A DNA stretch of 64,000 bases from contig JAVCCU010000001.1 in NCBI GenBank assembly GCA_030765335.1, forward strand, positions 456 through 64,455. Reading direction: 5' to 3'. The DNA is from Candidatus Kaelpia aquatica. Lineage in GTDB: Bacteria; Omnitrophota; Gorgyraeia; Kaelpiales; Kaelpiaceae. The notes under the pieces are model-generated. The model was not told the origin of the DNA, ran no database searches, and was given only the letters and a program-made list of their open reading frames with translations. Every line of letters begins with the position of its first letter. Position 1 is the first letter of the stretch. Positions 29,576 through 41,972 of this stretch are shown here, piece after piece. The translations under genes were made by a program, and so were the position numbers.

Positions 29576-29648
29576 CGTCCCCAGCCGGGTTTGAACCGGC
29601 GCCGACGACTCGAAAGGCCGTTGTCCTAGGCCGCTAGACGATGGGGAC
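29576..29648 (-). tRNA. tRNA-Glu (TTC)
   Basis: GTCCCCA/TGGGGAC acceptor stem, anticodon loop CT-TTC-GA and T-arm GCCGG-TTCAAAC-CCGGC; CCA not encoded. Confidence 0.93.
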
Positions 29649-29744
29649 TTCTTTTCTACTTAAATACCACTTTATTAAGTTTACCACTTTATCTCGATTT
29701 TGCAAATAACTCTCTATTTTTTAAAGTTACTACCTCTAAAAACC

Positions 29745-32174
29745 TTACTCATCTTCTTTAATAACCTTAGCAAAAGAGACAACTCGATCCTTGTCGGCCG
29801 TCCGGACAATGCGCACCCCCGAAGTGCTTCTGCCTATCTCCCTAATATCTTTTACGGAAGTTCTAACCACCTGTCCGCTTTGAGTCATCAAAACGATGTC
29901 GTCTTGATCACTCACGATCTCTGCCCCTATAACCTTACCTGTCTTGGTGGGCAGTTTCATATTTATTACACCTTTACCAGCGCGAGATTGTATCCTATAA
30001 GCCTTCACGGCTGTTCTTTTGCCAAATCCTTCCTCGGCAACTGTTAAAATGCTATCCTCTTCTTTAACGCAACACATGCTGACTACTTGATCTCCCTGAG
30101 CCAGCGAAATACCTTTAACTCCCTGAGCGCTGCGCCCAGTTGACCTAAGCTGCTTTTCTACAAAGCATATAGATTTTCCGTTCTTCGTCGCCAAAAAGAC
30201 ATTGTCTTTACCATCGCTGATTTTGGCGCAGATAAGAGAGTCTTTGCTTCTTAAGAAGATAGCGTTCACCCCGCCCTTGCGTGGTCTTTTAAAATCACTT
30301 AACTTCATCTTTTTGACAACACCAAAAGCTGTAGCTAAAACAAGAAATTGGTCGGAATCAAAATCTCTAACAGGGATAAAAGCAGTGACCAGCTCTTCGC
30401 TGTTTAAACTTAAGATATTGACAACGGCTTTACCCCGAGCCGTATGGCTGGCAGCAGGTATTTCATGTACTTTTAACCAATAAAGTCTGCCGCTATTGGT
30501 CAAGAAAAGCATGTAATCATGGGTAGAGGCAATAAACAGTTGATTGACGAAATCACCCTCTTTAAGATCCATCCCTATCACACCTTTACCTCCGCGCCGC
30601 TGACTTTTATATAAAGAGATAGACTGTCTCTTTATATAGCCCAGATTGGATACTGTAACAACCATATCCTCTTCCGCGATTAAATCTTCAACTTTAATCT
30701 CCTTAACCTCTTCTACGATATCGCTCATTCTCTCGTCGCCATACTTATCTTGCACCTCTTTAAGTTCTTCTTTTATTACTTCCATAATCTTCTTATCGCT
30801 ATTAAGTAAACTTTTAAAATATTCTATCTTCTTTATAAGCTCTAAATATTCTGCCTCTAGTTTGCCTACCTCTAAGCGTGTTAATCTTTGAAGCTGCATC
30901 TCCAATATAGCTTGGGCCTGTATCTCTGTTAGTTTAAGGTTTTCAACCAGGCTCTCTTTTGCATCTTGCGTATTTTTAGCCTTTTTAATTAAAGCGATAA
31001 CTTTATCAATGTTTGCCAAGGCCAGTTTTAGCCCTTCTACTATATGTGCTCGTCTCTCTGCTTTGACAAGTTCAAATTTTGTCCTTCTAACTACAACCTC
31101 TTTTCTATGTTGAACAAACTCTGCAATCAATTGTTTCAGCGTTAAGACTTGTGGCCTATTGTTCACAAGGGCAAGTAAAATAATTCCAAAAGAGACTTCC
31201 ATCTGAGTATGTTTGTAAAGTTGATTCAGAACAACTTCAGAATGTTGATCCTTTTTAAGTTCTATCATAATGCGAATACCTTCTTTGTCAGACTCATCTC
31301 TTAGGTCAGATATGCCCTCTATTCTCTTCTCTTTGACCATGTCAGCAATCTGTTCTATGAGGTTAGACTTGTTTACTTGATAAGGTATCTCTTTGACAAT
31401 AATAGCTTTTTTATTTCCTTTAAGCTGCTCAACCGCAGCTCGAGCACGGATCTTAATAATCCCTTTACCTTGGTTATAAGCGTCTCTTAACCCTTCGCTG
31501 CCATATAATATCCCACCTGTTGGAAAATCAGGCCCAGGAATATATTCTGTTAACTCTGTTATAGCAATATCAGGGTTGTCTATATAAGCAATTGTTCCGT
31601 TGATAACCTCTGTTAAATTATGAGGCGGTATGTTTGTTGCCATACCAACAGCAATACCTGAAGAACCGTTGATAAGAAGGTTAGGAGCTCTGCTCGGTAG
31701 GATGGTGGGCTCTTCTAAGCTTTCGTCAAAATTGGGCTTAAAATCCACTGTATCCTTTTCAATATCAGCAAGCAGCTCTCCGGATATCGCCGCAAGCTTA
31801 GCTTCGGTATACCGCATTGCCGCTGCCGAATCACCGTCTACAGAGCCAAAGTTACCTTGGCCATTTATGAGAGGATAACGCATAGAGAAGCTCTGCGCCA
31901 TACGTACTAAAGAATCGTAAACAGCTGTATCACCATGGGGATGGTATTTACCTAAAACCTCTCCGACTATACGAGCGGATTTTTTGTAAGGTTTATTAGA
32001 CTCTAAGCCCAACTCTTTCATAGCAAACAGTATTCTTCTATGAACAGGCTTAAGCCCGTCTCTTGCATCTGGTAAAGCCCTTCCCACAATTACGCTCATT
32101 GCGTAACTCAGATAAGAGGCTTTCATCTCATCTTTAATATCTACGTGTTTTATATTCTGCTCTCTAGCGTACAT
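29745..32174 (-). CDS. gyrA: DNA gyrase subunit A
   Basis: Motifs [29 protein letters not shown] and GyrA-box QRRGGKG. Confidence 0.99.
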   Translation of the reverse strand: MYAREQNIKHVDIKDEMKASYLSYAMSVIVGRALPDARDGLKPVHRRILFAMKELGLESNKPYKKSARIVGEVLGKYHPHGDTAVYDSLVRMAQSFSMRYPLINGQGNFGSVDGDSAAAMRYTEAKLAAISGELLADIEKDTVDFKPNFDESLEEPTILPSRAPNLLINGSSGIAVGMATNIPPHNLTEVINGTIAYIDNPDIAITELTEYIPGPDFPTGGILYGSEGLRDAYNQGKGIIKIRARAAVEQLKGNKKAIIVKEIPYQVNKSNLIEQIADMVKEKRIEGISDLRDESDKEGIRIMIELKKDQHSEVVLNQLYKHTQMEVSFGIILLALVNNRPQVLTLKQLIAEFVQHRKEVVVRRTKFELVKAERRAHIVEGLKLALANIDKVIALIKKAKNTQDAKESLVENLKLTEIQAQAILEMQLQRLTRLEVGKLEAEYLELIKKIEYFKSLLNSDKKIMEVIKEELKEVQDKYGDERMSDIVEEVKEIKVEDLIAEEDMVVTVSNLGYIKRQSISLYKSQRRGGKGVIGMDLKEGDFVNQLFIASTHDYMLFLTNSGRLYWLKVHEIPAASHTARGKAVVNILSLNSEELVTAFIPVRDFDSDQFLVLATAFGVVKKMKLSDFKRPRKGGVNAIFLRSKDSLICAKISDGKDNVFLATKNGKSICFVEKQLRSTGRSAQGVKGISLAQGDQVVSMCCVKEEDSILTVAEEGFGKRTAVKAYRIQSRAGKGVINMKLPTKTGKVIGAEIVSDQDDIVLMTQSGQVVRTSVKDIREIGRSTSGVRIVRTADKDRVVSFAKVIKEDE

Positions 32175-32196
32175 ATCTTTCCTCTCTTTTTAAAAG

Positions 32197-34931
<2,735 letters not shown>

Positions 34932-34934
34932 TTT

Positions 34935-36029
34935 TTATATTAACTGCATAGGCAAAACGAGATAGAGATAAGTAGATCCCAGCCTAATGATTCCAGGCTT
35001 ATCCACTCCGTTTAATTCAAATATTACCTCGCTCTGATCTATGTTTTTCAAAATATCCAATAAATATTGAGGATTAAAACCTATTATTGTTTCCTCTCCT
35101 TTATAGTCTGCTTCTAGCTCTTCACGTCCCTCCCCTAATTCGGGAGTCACTTTTGATATTACAACCTTATCTTTATAAACCTCGAACTTAATGGCAACTG
35201 ATTCAGTTGTTGTCATAAGATTGGCTCTCTTGATGGCTTGAAAAAAATCTTTTGTATTTATTTTTAATCTATTATTGCTCTCTAGAGGTATTACCTCCTC
35301 ATAATTAGGAAAGTCCCCCTCTATAAGGCGTGTAATTAGTTCTGTACCGGGTAAAGAGAATGCTATTTGGTTGTTTTTCTCGGAGAGACTTATAGTTAAA
35401 TTATTTTCTGATTTTTCGCTCATTTTTAATAACTCCGATACTGCTTTTTGAGGAACTATATATTTCCCTGACCATCCTGTTTTAATGCTCTCCTGACAGA
35501 GTGCAAGTCTTCTGCCGTCACTTGCTACAAGCTTTAAAGAGTCTTCATTAAAATCAAACAGGATGCCGTTTAAAACATACCTTGTCTCTTCTTTTGAACA
35601 AGCAAAATAAGTCTTCGATATCATTGAAGCAAGTTTTTTTGCATCTATTTTAAAACTTTTACCTTCTATTTTTGGAATATCAGGATACTCCTGAGGTGAA
35701 AAACCTAATAGTTTAAAATAACATTTTTCTCCTCTTAATACGACTCCAAAATTTTTTGTCTCTTCTATTAATATATCGTCAGATGGTATCTCTTTTAATA
35801 TGTCGTAAAATTTTTTTCCTAGAGCCGTAATCTTACCCGGTTGTATTACCTCCACGGTTATTTTTTTTCTAATACATATCTCAAGATCTGTAGCTGTGAT
35901 AAATAGTTTATTGTCTTTTGCTTCTAATAATAGATTGGATAGAATTGGTAATGTTGATCTTGTAGGTATTGCTGCTATTACATCTTGTAAGTGTTGGGTT
36001 ATCTCTGCTCGATCTACACGTATCTTCAT
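34935..36029 (-). CDS. dnaN: DNA polymerase III beta clamp
   Basis: Motifs PILSNLL, ATDLE, RYVLNG, ASDGRRL, GDFPNY and YLVLPM. Confidence 0.98.
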   Translation of the reverse strand: MKIRVDRAEITQHLQDVIAAIPTRSTLPILSNLLLEAKDNKLFITATDLEICIRKKITVEVIQPGKITALGKKFYDILKEIPSDDILIEETKNFGVVLRGEKCYFKLLGFSPQEYPDIPKIEGKSFKIDAKKLASMISKTYFACSKEETRYVLNGILFDFNEDSLKLVASDGRRLALCQESIKTGWSGKYIVPQKAVSELLKMSEKSENNLTISLSEKNNQIAFSLPGTELITRLIEGDFPNYEEVIPLESNNRLKINTKDFFQAIKRANLMTTTESVAIKFEVYKDKVVISKVTPELGEGREELEADYKGEETIIGFNPQYLLDILKNIDQSEVIFELNGVDKPGIIRLGSTYLYLVLPMQLI

Positions 36030-36058
36030 AAAACCTCCTTTATCTACATACTCTTTAA

Positions 36059-36282
36059 TAGTAGTTTCTTTTAAGATAGTAGTCTGTAGTAGTGGTTGTT
36101 GAAAAGTGGAAAACTAATAAAACAATTATAAGTTAAGCCAACTATTCATCCACAACTATATGTTATTTAAAAGTGTACAACCTTTTGTTAACCATGTTTT
36201 ACTATTAACTATCCACATATCCACAGGTTATCCACAGCTAAACTACAGGTTTTTATCTATTTTATGCTCCAAGTTATCCACA
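36059..36282. other. Chromosomal replication origin (oriC)
   Basis: TAG trio tracts at 36059-36092 next to tandem degenerate boxes TGTTGAAAA/AGTGGAAAA (36097-36113). DnaA boxes TCATCCACA 36146, CTATCCACA 36209, ATATCCACA 36217, TTATCCACA 36228 and 36274. Lies between dnaA and dnaN, close to the gene-strand switch. Confidence 0.9.
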
Positions 36283-37598
36283 ATATTCTTTAAATCAGAC
36301 TCTCTACTCTGTTTTATTTTTTGTATTGCATGCATAATTGTAGTGTGATCTCGGCCCCCAAAAGCTTGACCTACATCGTTTAGAGATAAATCAGTATATT
36401 TTCTAGCAAAAAATATTGCTATTTGACGCGGTAGTACAATATTTTTTTTACGCGACTTACTCTTTAAGTCTTCGACTGATAAATCAAAAAATTGTGCCAC
36501 TTTATTTTGAATATAAGGTATTGATATCCTGCCCTCTTCCTCTTCTACCATATCTTGTAATACTTTTTTTGCCAAAGCAATATTAATCTTCTCTTCTATT
36601 AAAGTAGAGTGTGCCACTACTCTAAGCAATGCACCTTCTAACTCCCGGATATTTGAAGATATTTTCTCTGCAATATAAGAGATAACATCTTCCGGTATTA
36701 ATAGTTTTGCATGCATTACTTTTTTCTTTAAGATTGCCATACGAGTTTCATAGTCCGGTTTTTGTACATCAACAACTAATCCCCAATGAAACCGCGAGAC
36801 CAACCGTTCTTCTAGGTCCGGGATCTCTTTAGGTGAGCGGTCGCTAGAGATTACTATCTGTTTGTGGGAGTCATAAAGCGCGTTGAAGGTATGAAAAAAC
36901 TCTTCTTGCATCCCTGTCTTGCCTGCTAAAAATTGTATATCGTCTATTAATAAAAGATCAACACTGCGATAGCGTTCTCTAAACTTTGCAGTACTTCTAT
37001 TTTGTATTGCTCCTATAAGCTGGTTAGTAAACTCTTCAGATGATATATAGTGGACTTTGAAATCGGGATAGCGATCAATAATTCCATGGCCCATAGCATG
37101 GAGCAGGTGGGTTTTCCCCAGACCTACCCCGCCATATAGAAACAACGGATTGTAAGCTTTTGCAGGCGACAAGGTAATTGCAAAAGTTGCAGCGTGTGCA
37201 AGTTTATTGCATTCTCCAACCACAAACTCTTCAAACGTATTCTTAGGGTTAAGCTTCTCCAATATTTTTTTGGATATTAATCGCGTTGTGTTTTTTGGCG
37301 CATCTTTATGGCTTAGCGCTAAGTCTTTCTTTTCAGCTCCTTTGCTCGGCTCTTTAATAGAAAGCTTAATTTTGAATTCTACCCCAGTAGTCTCTTTTAA
37401 GAAAAAAAGAATTTTATCCATATATCTTTCTTGGATCCAATTGCTGAAGAACATATTGGGCACAATAAGCTCCATTGTGTTTTCAGAGAGGACTTTAACT
37501 TCAAGAGGTTCTATCCAGAATTTATATGTATGACTGCCGAATTCTTGAATCAGCCTTTGCTCCACTTCTTCCCAAAAAGAGACATCTTGTTTCTGCAT
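36243..37598 (-). CDS. dnaA: Chromosomal replication initiator
   Basis: Motifs YNPLFLYGGVGLGKTHL, LLIDDIQF, SNIRELEGAL and FGGRDHTT. Confidence 0.99.
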   Translation of the reverse strand: MQKQDVSFWEEVEQRLIQEFGSHTYKFWIEPLEVKVLSENTMELIVPNMFFSNWIQERYMDKILFFLKETTGVEFKIKLSIKEPSKGAEKKDLALSHKDAPKNTTRLISKKILEKLNPKNTFEEFVVGECNKLAHAATFAITLSPAKAYNPLFLYGGVGLGKTHLLHAMGHGIIDRYPDFKVHYISSEEFTNQLIGAIQNRSTAKFRERYRSVDLLLIDDIQFLAGKTGMQEEFFHTFNALYDSHKQIVISSDRSPKEIPDLEERLVSRFHWGLVVDVQKPDYETRMAILKKKVMHAKLLIPEDVISYIAEKISSNIRELEGALLRVVAHSTLIEEKINIALAKKVLQDMVEEEEGRISIPYIQNKVAQFFDLSVEDLKSKSRKKNIVLPRQIAIFFARKYTDLSLNDVGQAFGGRDHTTIMHAIQKIKQSRESDLKNIVDNLEHKIDKNL

Positions 37599-37606
37599 AA
37601 GCAGTA

Positions 37607-37635
37607 ATTATAACAACCGATAGATAGTGTTGCAA
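37607..37635 (-). promoter_or_regulatory. dnaA promoter (extended -10), probably leaderless
   Basis: TTGCAA-17 nt-TATAAT with TG extension, only 8 nt before the ATG; no SD. Confidence 0.7.
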
Positions 37636-37643
37636 TATTTAAG

Positions 37644-37672
37644 TTGCTTTAAGCGGGTACTTTTTTTATAAT
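37644..37672 (+). promoter_or_regulatory. rpmH promoter
   Basis: TTGCTT-17 nt-TATAAT, then an AGGAGG RBS; back-to-back with the dnaA promoter. Confidence 0.7.
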
Positions 37673-37699
37673 AATCCAAATAGTAGGAGGTAATTAGCT

Positions 37700-37837
37700 A
37701 TGAAGAAAAATTTAAAGCCGGTTTCCAATTTAAAAAGAAAACGAAAACATGGTTTTTTGAAGAGGAACTCTACAAAATCTGGGCAAGCAATTCTTGTTAG
37801 AAGGAGAAAAAAGGGACGTGCCCAAATTGCGGTTTAA
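37700..37837 (+). CDS. rpmH: 50S ribosomal protein L34
   Basis: Not in the ORF track. My translation is MKKNLKPVSNLKRKRKHGFLKRNSTKSGQAILVRRRKKGRAQIAV, with a TAATG overlap into rnpA. Confidence 0.95.
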   Translation: MKKNLKPVSNLKRKRKHGFLKRNSTKSGQAILVRRRKKGRAQIAV

Positions 37838-38169
37838 TGGATAAGCGCTTTAGCCCTCTTAAGAGGGAGAGAGAGATTCAGGCGGTTTTTTTAGAGCGTA
37901 AGCGGTTCAGCAGCAAGAACATTATCCTTTATTATAAACCAAGATTAGATAATAATGTTAAAGTCACTTTTTTTGTGCCTAAAAAAATATTTAAACGGGC
38001 CTGGGATCGCAACAGAACTCGGAGAATATTGCGGGAAATTTTTAGAAATTATACTTGGACTAGCAAAGGATTGGATATTATATGCATTGTCAGAACGCTA
38101 GAGCGGAAGATGTTGAGGTTCAAAGAGATAGAGCCTCTCTGTCTGCCCTTATTAAAAAAGATAGTTTAA
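37837..38169 (+). CDS. rnpA: Ribonuclease P protein component
   Basis: KKIFKRAWDRNRTRRILREIFR (RNR motif); synteny. Confidence 0.9.
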   Translation: MDKRFSPLKREREIQAVFLERKRFSSKNIILYYKPRLDNNVKVTFFVPKKIFKRAWDRNRTRRILREIFRNYTWTSKGLDIICIVRTLERKMLRFKEIEPLCLPLLKKIV

Positions 38170-38372
38170 TCTTCATTATAGTTGTTATTAGATTCTATCA
38201 ATATCTATTAGCACCGCTCTGGACTTCAAAGTGCCGTTTTTACCCGACATGTTCTAATTATTCTATTCAAGCACTGCAGGAGAAAGGTTTTGCAAAAGGG
38301 ATTTGGTTAACCGTAACAAGAATATTAAGGTGTAACCCCGTTTTTCCTGGGGGGTATGACCCTGTGAGGTGA
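38082..38372 (+). CDS. yidD: Membrane protein insertion efficiency factor
   Basis: Motifs CRFYPTCSNY and RILRCNP...GGYDPV; start uncertain. Confidence 0.93.
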   Translation: MHCQNARAEDVEVQRDRASLSALIKKDSLIFIIVVIRFYQYLLAPLWTSKCRFYPTCSNYSIQALQEKGFAKGIWLTVTRILRCNPVFPGGYDPVR

Positions 38373-38378
38373 TAAGAG

Positions 38379-39854
38379 ATGGAAAACAATAAGAGGATAC
38401 TTCTTGCAACAGCGTTGGCTTTTTTGGTGATGCTTGCTTACCCCTATTATGCAAAAAGATATATGCCGCAGCCGTCGCACGGTGTAGTCTCCTCAGAGTC
38501 AGATGTTTTTATGGCAGAGGAAGATCCAGGAGTTGTTGGGGTATATGATACGGTTATCAGTGATGATACGGTATATGATACTGTTATTGAAAATCAAGAG
38601 TTAAAAATTGGACTTAATACTCAGTCTGGAGTAGTTAGGTCGATAGAAATAAAAGAAGGATTAGAGCAGATTAGTCTTTACCCTTTGCAAGATAAAGGGT
38701 TAGGGTTGTTGATACCAACCGTATCAACCGTATCATTTGAAAAAAGTAAGAGCTATGATACGGTTGGTATGGTTCTAACTGCAGATGGTGCTAGAAGAGA
38801 GTATAGCTTAAACAAGCATCTTTTTGTCTTCAATGCAGCAGGAGAATCTCAACTACTCTTTTATATGCCTAGTAAATACGATGTCTCTATGCGCGAGTCT
38901 CGTTATTTGCGGATTATGGTAAAAGATGACCAGCAGAATACCGAGAGCATTAAGATCGGAAGCCTCTTAAAGAAGAAAAGATTTTTTAATTCCGTAGATT
39001 GGTTTGCCATCTCTTTTCAGCATTACTCTATTCTCTTTGATCCTAGCCAAGGCGTGGATCTAGAAATAAAACCTTCAAGCAATCAAGAGGGGTTCTTTTT
39101 CGTTATAAAAGGAAATACAGAGGATATCGAGGTTTTAACATATATAGGACCTAATTCTAAGCCGATATTGTCTTCTTACGATGATAATTGGTTGGATTTG
39201 CTAAATTACGGTAAGTTAAATAATGTAGTAAAAAGTTTGCTAGGCATATTTTATAGGGCCTCTCGTAATTATGGTGTGGCCATTATTATGCTAGCGCTGC
39301 TATTAAATCTTATCTTTGCTCCTTTAACATTAAAATCCCAAAAATCTATGAGAAGGATGCAGAGCTTGCAGCCTCAGATGCAGGAGCTGAAAGAGAAGCA
39401 TAAAGATAATCCTCAAGCTGTAAATAAAGAGATGATGGAGCTTTATAAGAAGCATAAGGTCAATCCTATGGGCGGTTGTCTCCCCATGGTCTTGCAAATC
39501 CCGGTTTTTATAGCGCTGTATAACACCTTGATGCGCAGCTACGAACTAAAGAATGCATCATTTTTATGGATTAAAGACCTCTCTGTTCCTGATAGGCTTT
39601 TTATGCTTTCTAAGAGTCTGCCTTTAATGGGTAATGAAGTTAATTTACTGCCTATTTTGATGGCGGCATTAATGTTTGTTCAGCAGAAGTTTTCTCCTAC
39701 GTCTAAGGCCTCTAGTAATAGCGCTATGCCTAACATGTGGTTCTTGCCCATTATCTTTGGGGCTATTTTTTATAAGTTCCCAGCAGGATTAGTCTTGTAT
39801 TGGTTTACTAACTCACTCTCTATGCTTGTTTTGCAAAGCATGCATAAAAAGTGA
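38379..39854 (+). CDS. yidC: Membrane protein insertase
   Basis: Motifs NYGVAII, PLTLKS..SM, NPMGGCLP, LWIKDLS.PD and GLVLYW. Confidence 0.97.
   Translation: MENNKRILLATALAFLVMLAYPYYAKRYMPQPSHGVVSSESDVFMAEEDPGVVGVYDTVISDDTVYDTVIENQELKIGLNTQSGVVRSIEIKEGLEQISLYPLQDKGLGLLIPTVSTVSFEKSKSYDTVGMVLTADGARREYSLNKHLFVFNAAGESQLLFYMPSKYDVSMRESRYLRIMVKDDQQNTESIKIGSLLKKKRFFNSVDWFAISFQHYSILFDPSQGVDLEIKPSSNQEGFFFVIKGNTEDIEVLTYIGPNSKPILSSYDDNWLDLLNYGKLNNVVKSLLGIFYRASRNYGVAIIMLALLLNLIFAPLTLKSQKSMRRMQSLQPQMQELKEKHKDNPQAVNKEMMELYKKHKVNPMGGCLPMVLQIPVFIALYNTLMRSYELKNASFLWIKDLSVPDRLFMLSKSLPLMGNEVNLLPILMAALMFVQQKFSPTSKASSNSAMPNMWFLPIIFGAIFYKFPAGLVLYWFTNSLSMLVLQSMHKK
38545..38765. repeat. Cluster of 6 ATGATACGGTT-type 11-mers inside yidC
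   Basis: Exact copies at 38545, 38726 (reverse) and 38755; one-mismatch copies at 38563, 38575 and 38717 (reverse). Confidence 0.9.
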
Positions 39855-39868
39855 TTTTCACGTGAAAA
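39855..39868. promoter_or_regulatory. Variant parS site
   Basis: Perfect palindrome TTTTCACGTGAAAA filling the yidC-parA gap; the 16-mer matches TGTTTCACGTGAAACA at 13 of 16 positions. Confidence 0.75.
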
Positions 39869-40711
39869 ATGATAATTGCAATATCAAATCAGAAAGGCGG
39901 CGTTGGTAAGACTACCACTGCCATCAATCTAAGCGCAGCCCTGGCCTCCAAAGGTGCCGGTAGAATTTTGCTGATCGACTTTGATCCTCAGGCTAATGCA
40001 ACAAGCGGTGTTGGTGTAGCCAAGGCAGAATTAAGCAAGTCTATATACGACTTTATATGTTCAGATGCCGGCGAAGAGGTTATTCTAAAAACGGCAATAC
40101 CAAATCTCTCTCTCTTACCTTCGACAATCGGTCTTTGCGGAGCCGAGATAGAACTTATCGAGAGTGAGGAGCGGGAATTTAAGCTCAAAAACAAAATGGC
40201 TGCTCTTTCAAGCCAATATGACCATATTATCATCGATACTCCGCCATCGCTAGGTATCCTGACAGTCAATGCTCTTGTAGCGAGTGAACGTGTGATTGTC
40301 CCCGTACAGTGTGAGTATTATGCCTTAGAGGGGCTTATCGATTTTTTAGGTACACTAAACCTTATAAAAGATAGATTGAATCCTTCGCTTGACATTTTAG
40401 GGATTTTGCTTACAATGGCAGATTATAGAACTAATATTGCTCGTGATGTGGAAGAAGAGATACGCAATAACTTTAAAGAGCAGGTTTTCCACACAGTTAT
40501 CCACAGAAACGTGCGTTTGGCTGAAGCTCCAAGCCATGGCCTGCCGATAGAGCTATACGATCCTAAATCAGCAGGAGCGTTGCTATACAAAGAACTTGCG
40601 GATGAGGTTTTATTAAGAGTAGGAGGAGTTCATGGAAAAGAAGAGAGGTCTGGGCAAGGGGATATCAGCTCTTATTCCGGAGAAGAGCGCCAAGAGTTCC
40701 AGCCGCTATAA
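39869..40711 (+). CDS. parA: Chromosome partitioning ATPase ParA/Soj
   Basis: Motifs NQKGGVGKTTT, DFDPQANAT, IDTPPSLG, PVQCEYYALEG and LAEAPSHG. Confidence 0.97.
   Translation: MIIAISNQKGGVGKTTTAINLSAALASKGAGRILLIDFDPQANATSGVGVAKAELSKSIYDFICSDAGEEVILKTAIPNLSLLPSTIGLCGAEIELIESEEREFKLKNKMAALSSQYDHIIIDTPPSLGILTVNALVASERVIVPVQCEYYALEGLIDFLGTLNLIKDRLNPSLDILGILLTMADYRTNIARDVEEEIRNNFKEQVFHTVIHRNVRLAEAPSHGLPIELYDPKSAGALLYKELADEVLLRVGGVHGKEERSGQGDISSYSGEERQEFQPL
40485..40505 (+). promoter_or_regulatory. Tandem DnaA boxes inside parA
   Basis: TTTTCCACA-cag-TTATCCACA. Confidence 0.5.
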
Positions 40712-41465
40712 AGATATTGAGATTGCTAAAATCACGCTCAACCCATATCAGCCTAGAAAAGAGTTTTCTAAAACCGAATTACTCCATCTTCAGCAATCAA
40801 TCGCAAAAGACGGCCTCTTGCAGCCCATAGTAGTTGTAGAGGAAGGAGAGTCTTTTAAGCTCATAGCTGGAGAGAGGAGGCTTAGGTCGGTACAGAGCTT
40901 AGGCTGGGAACGCGTCGCAGCTTTAGTTCTTCATAATATAGAGGAGGTTGAGCTTCTAAGAAAATCGCTCGTTGAGAATGTACAGAGAGCAAATCTCAAT
41001 CCCATTGAAGAGGCTCAAGCTTATAAGAGGTTGATGGATGATTACGGGTATTCTTTAGAAGAGACTGCAAAAGAGGTCGCAAAGGATATCTCAACCGTGT
41101 CAAATGCTGTACGACTGCTTGCGCTTCCTGAGAATATACAGAGAGACTTAAGTCAAGGATTGATCTCTCCTGGCCATGCCAGAGCTTTATTGATGTTGGG
41201 GAAGGGTTCACAGATGCAGAGTTTTGCCGATAAGATAAAGTCTGAAAAGCTGAGCGTTAGGGAAGCTGAAAAAAGAGCTAAAATGAAAAAGGGCAAACTT
41301 GTCCTAGAGCCTAACCTCAAAGCAGCGCTAGAGGAGCTGCAGCGGAAAATAGGCTCTAAAATTAATGTTGAGATCAAGAAAAGAGGCGGGAAGATAGAAG
41401 TTCTTTTTATGGACAATGAGGATCTCCAGAGAATAGTGGCAGTGCTTTTAAACAGGGAGGCATAA
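40632..41465 (+). CDS. parB: Chromosome partitioning protein ParB/Spo0J
   Basis: Motifs GLGKGISALI, NPYQPR, LIAGERRLR, ENVQR..LNPIEEA and GHARAL. Confidence 0.97.
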   Translation: MEKKRGLGKGISALIPEKSAKSSSRYKDIEIAKITLNPYQPRKEFSKTELLHLQQSIAKDGLLQPIVVVEEGESFKLIAGERRLRSVQSLGWERVAALVLHNIEEVELLRKSLVENVQRANLNPIEEAQAYKRLMDDYGYSLEETAKEVAKDISTVSNAVRLLALPENIQRDLSQGLISPGHARALLMLGKGSQMQSFADKIKSEKLSVREAEKRAKMKKGKLVLEPNLKAALEELQRKIGSKINVEIKKRGGKIEVLFMDNEDLQRIVAVLLNREA

Positions 41466-41468
41466 TAT

Positions 41469-41972
41469 ATGTTAAACCAAGCCTTAGTGCTGATTAAACC
41501 GGATGGTCTTAAGAAATCTTTAACAGGTAATATTCTCACCAGATTATCAGAGACAAAGCTTGAGATTATAGCGGCTAAGATAGTTAGGGTATCTAAAGAG
41601 CTGGCCGAAAATCATTACCAGCATCTTAAGGACGAACCCTTTTTTCAAGAGTTAATTCAATACCTTCAAGGTGAGCTCCATCAGAGAAAAAAGGTGATGG
41701 CTATGATATACTGGGGTGAAGATGCATTAGCAAAAGTGCGTGATATCGCTGGAGCAACTAATCCTGAAGAGGCTAGCCCAACTTCTATTAGGGGTCAGTA
41801 CGGCCGCATTACTACAAAAGGCCTTTATGAAAACGTCGTCCATGCTTCTTCTAATGCTGAAGAGGCGGAGAGAGAGATAAAACTGTGGTTCCAACCCGAT
41901 GAGATAATCTTTGATCTCTATGCCACTAAGAGAGTGGTATTAAAAGAAGAAGGAGCGAGGGTGTGGGCATGA
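41469..41972 (+). CDS. ndk: Nucleoside diphosphate kinase
   Basis: Motifs LIKPDG, GATNP, SIRG and NVVHAS. Confidence 0.93.
   Translation: MLNQALVLIKPDGLKKSLTGNILTRLSETKLEIIAAKIVRVSKELAENHYQHLKDEPFFQELIQYLQGELHQRKKVMAMIYWGEDALAKVRDIAGATNPEEASPTSIRGQYGRITTKGLYENVVHASSNAEEAEREIKLWFQPDEIIFDLYATKRVVLKEEGARVWA

Noticed and set aside
29576-29648. tRNA-Glu as integration site making 6-27 kb a genomic island
   Set aside because: No integrase, no duplicated tRNA 3' end seen, housekeeping glmS and rsmI follow the tRNA, and composition looks like the rest of the window.
40632-40711. 80-bp parA/parB overlap as programmed frameshift or fusion
   Set aside because: parB has its own AGGAGG RBS and a canonical N-terminus; a simple C-terminal extension of parA is sufficient explanation.
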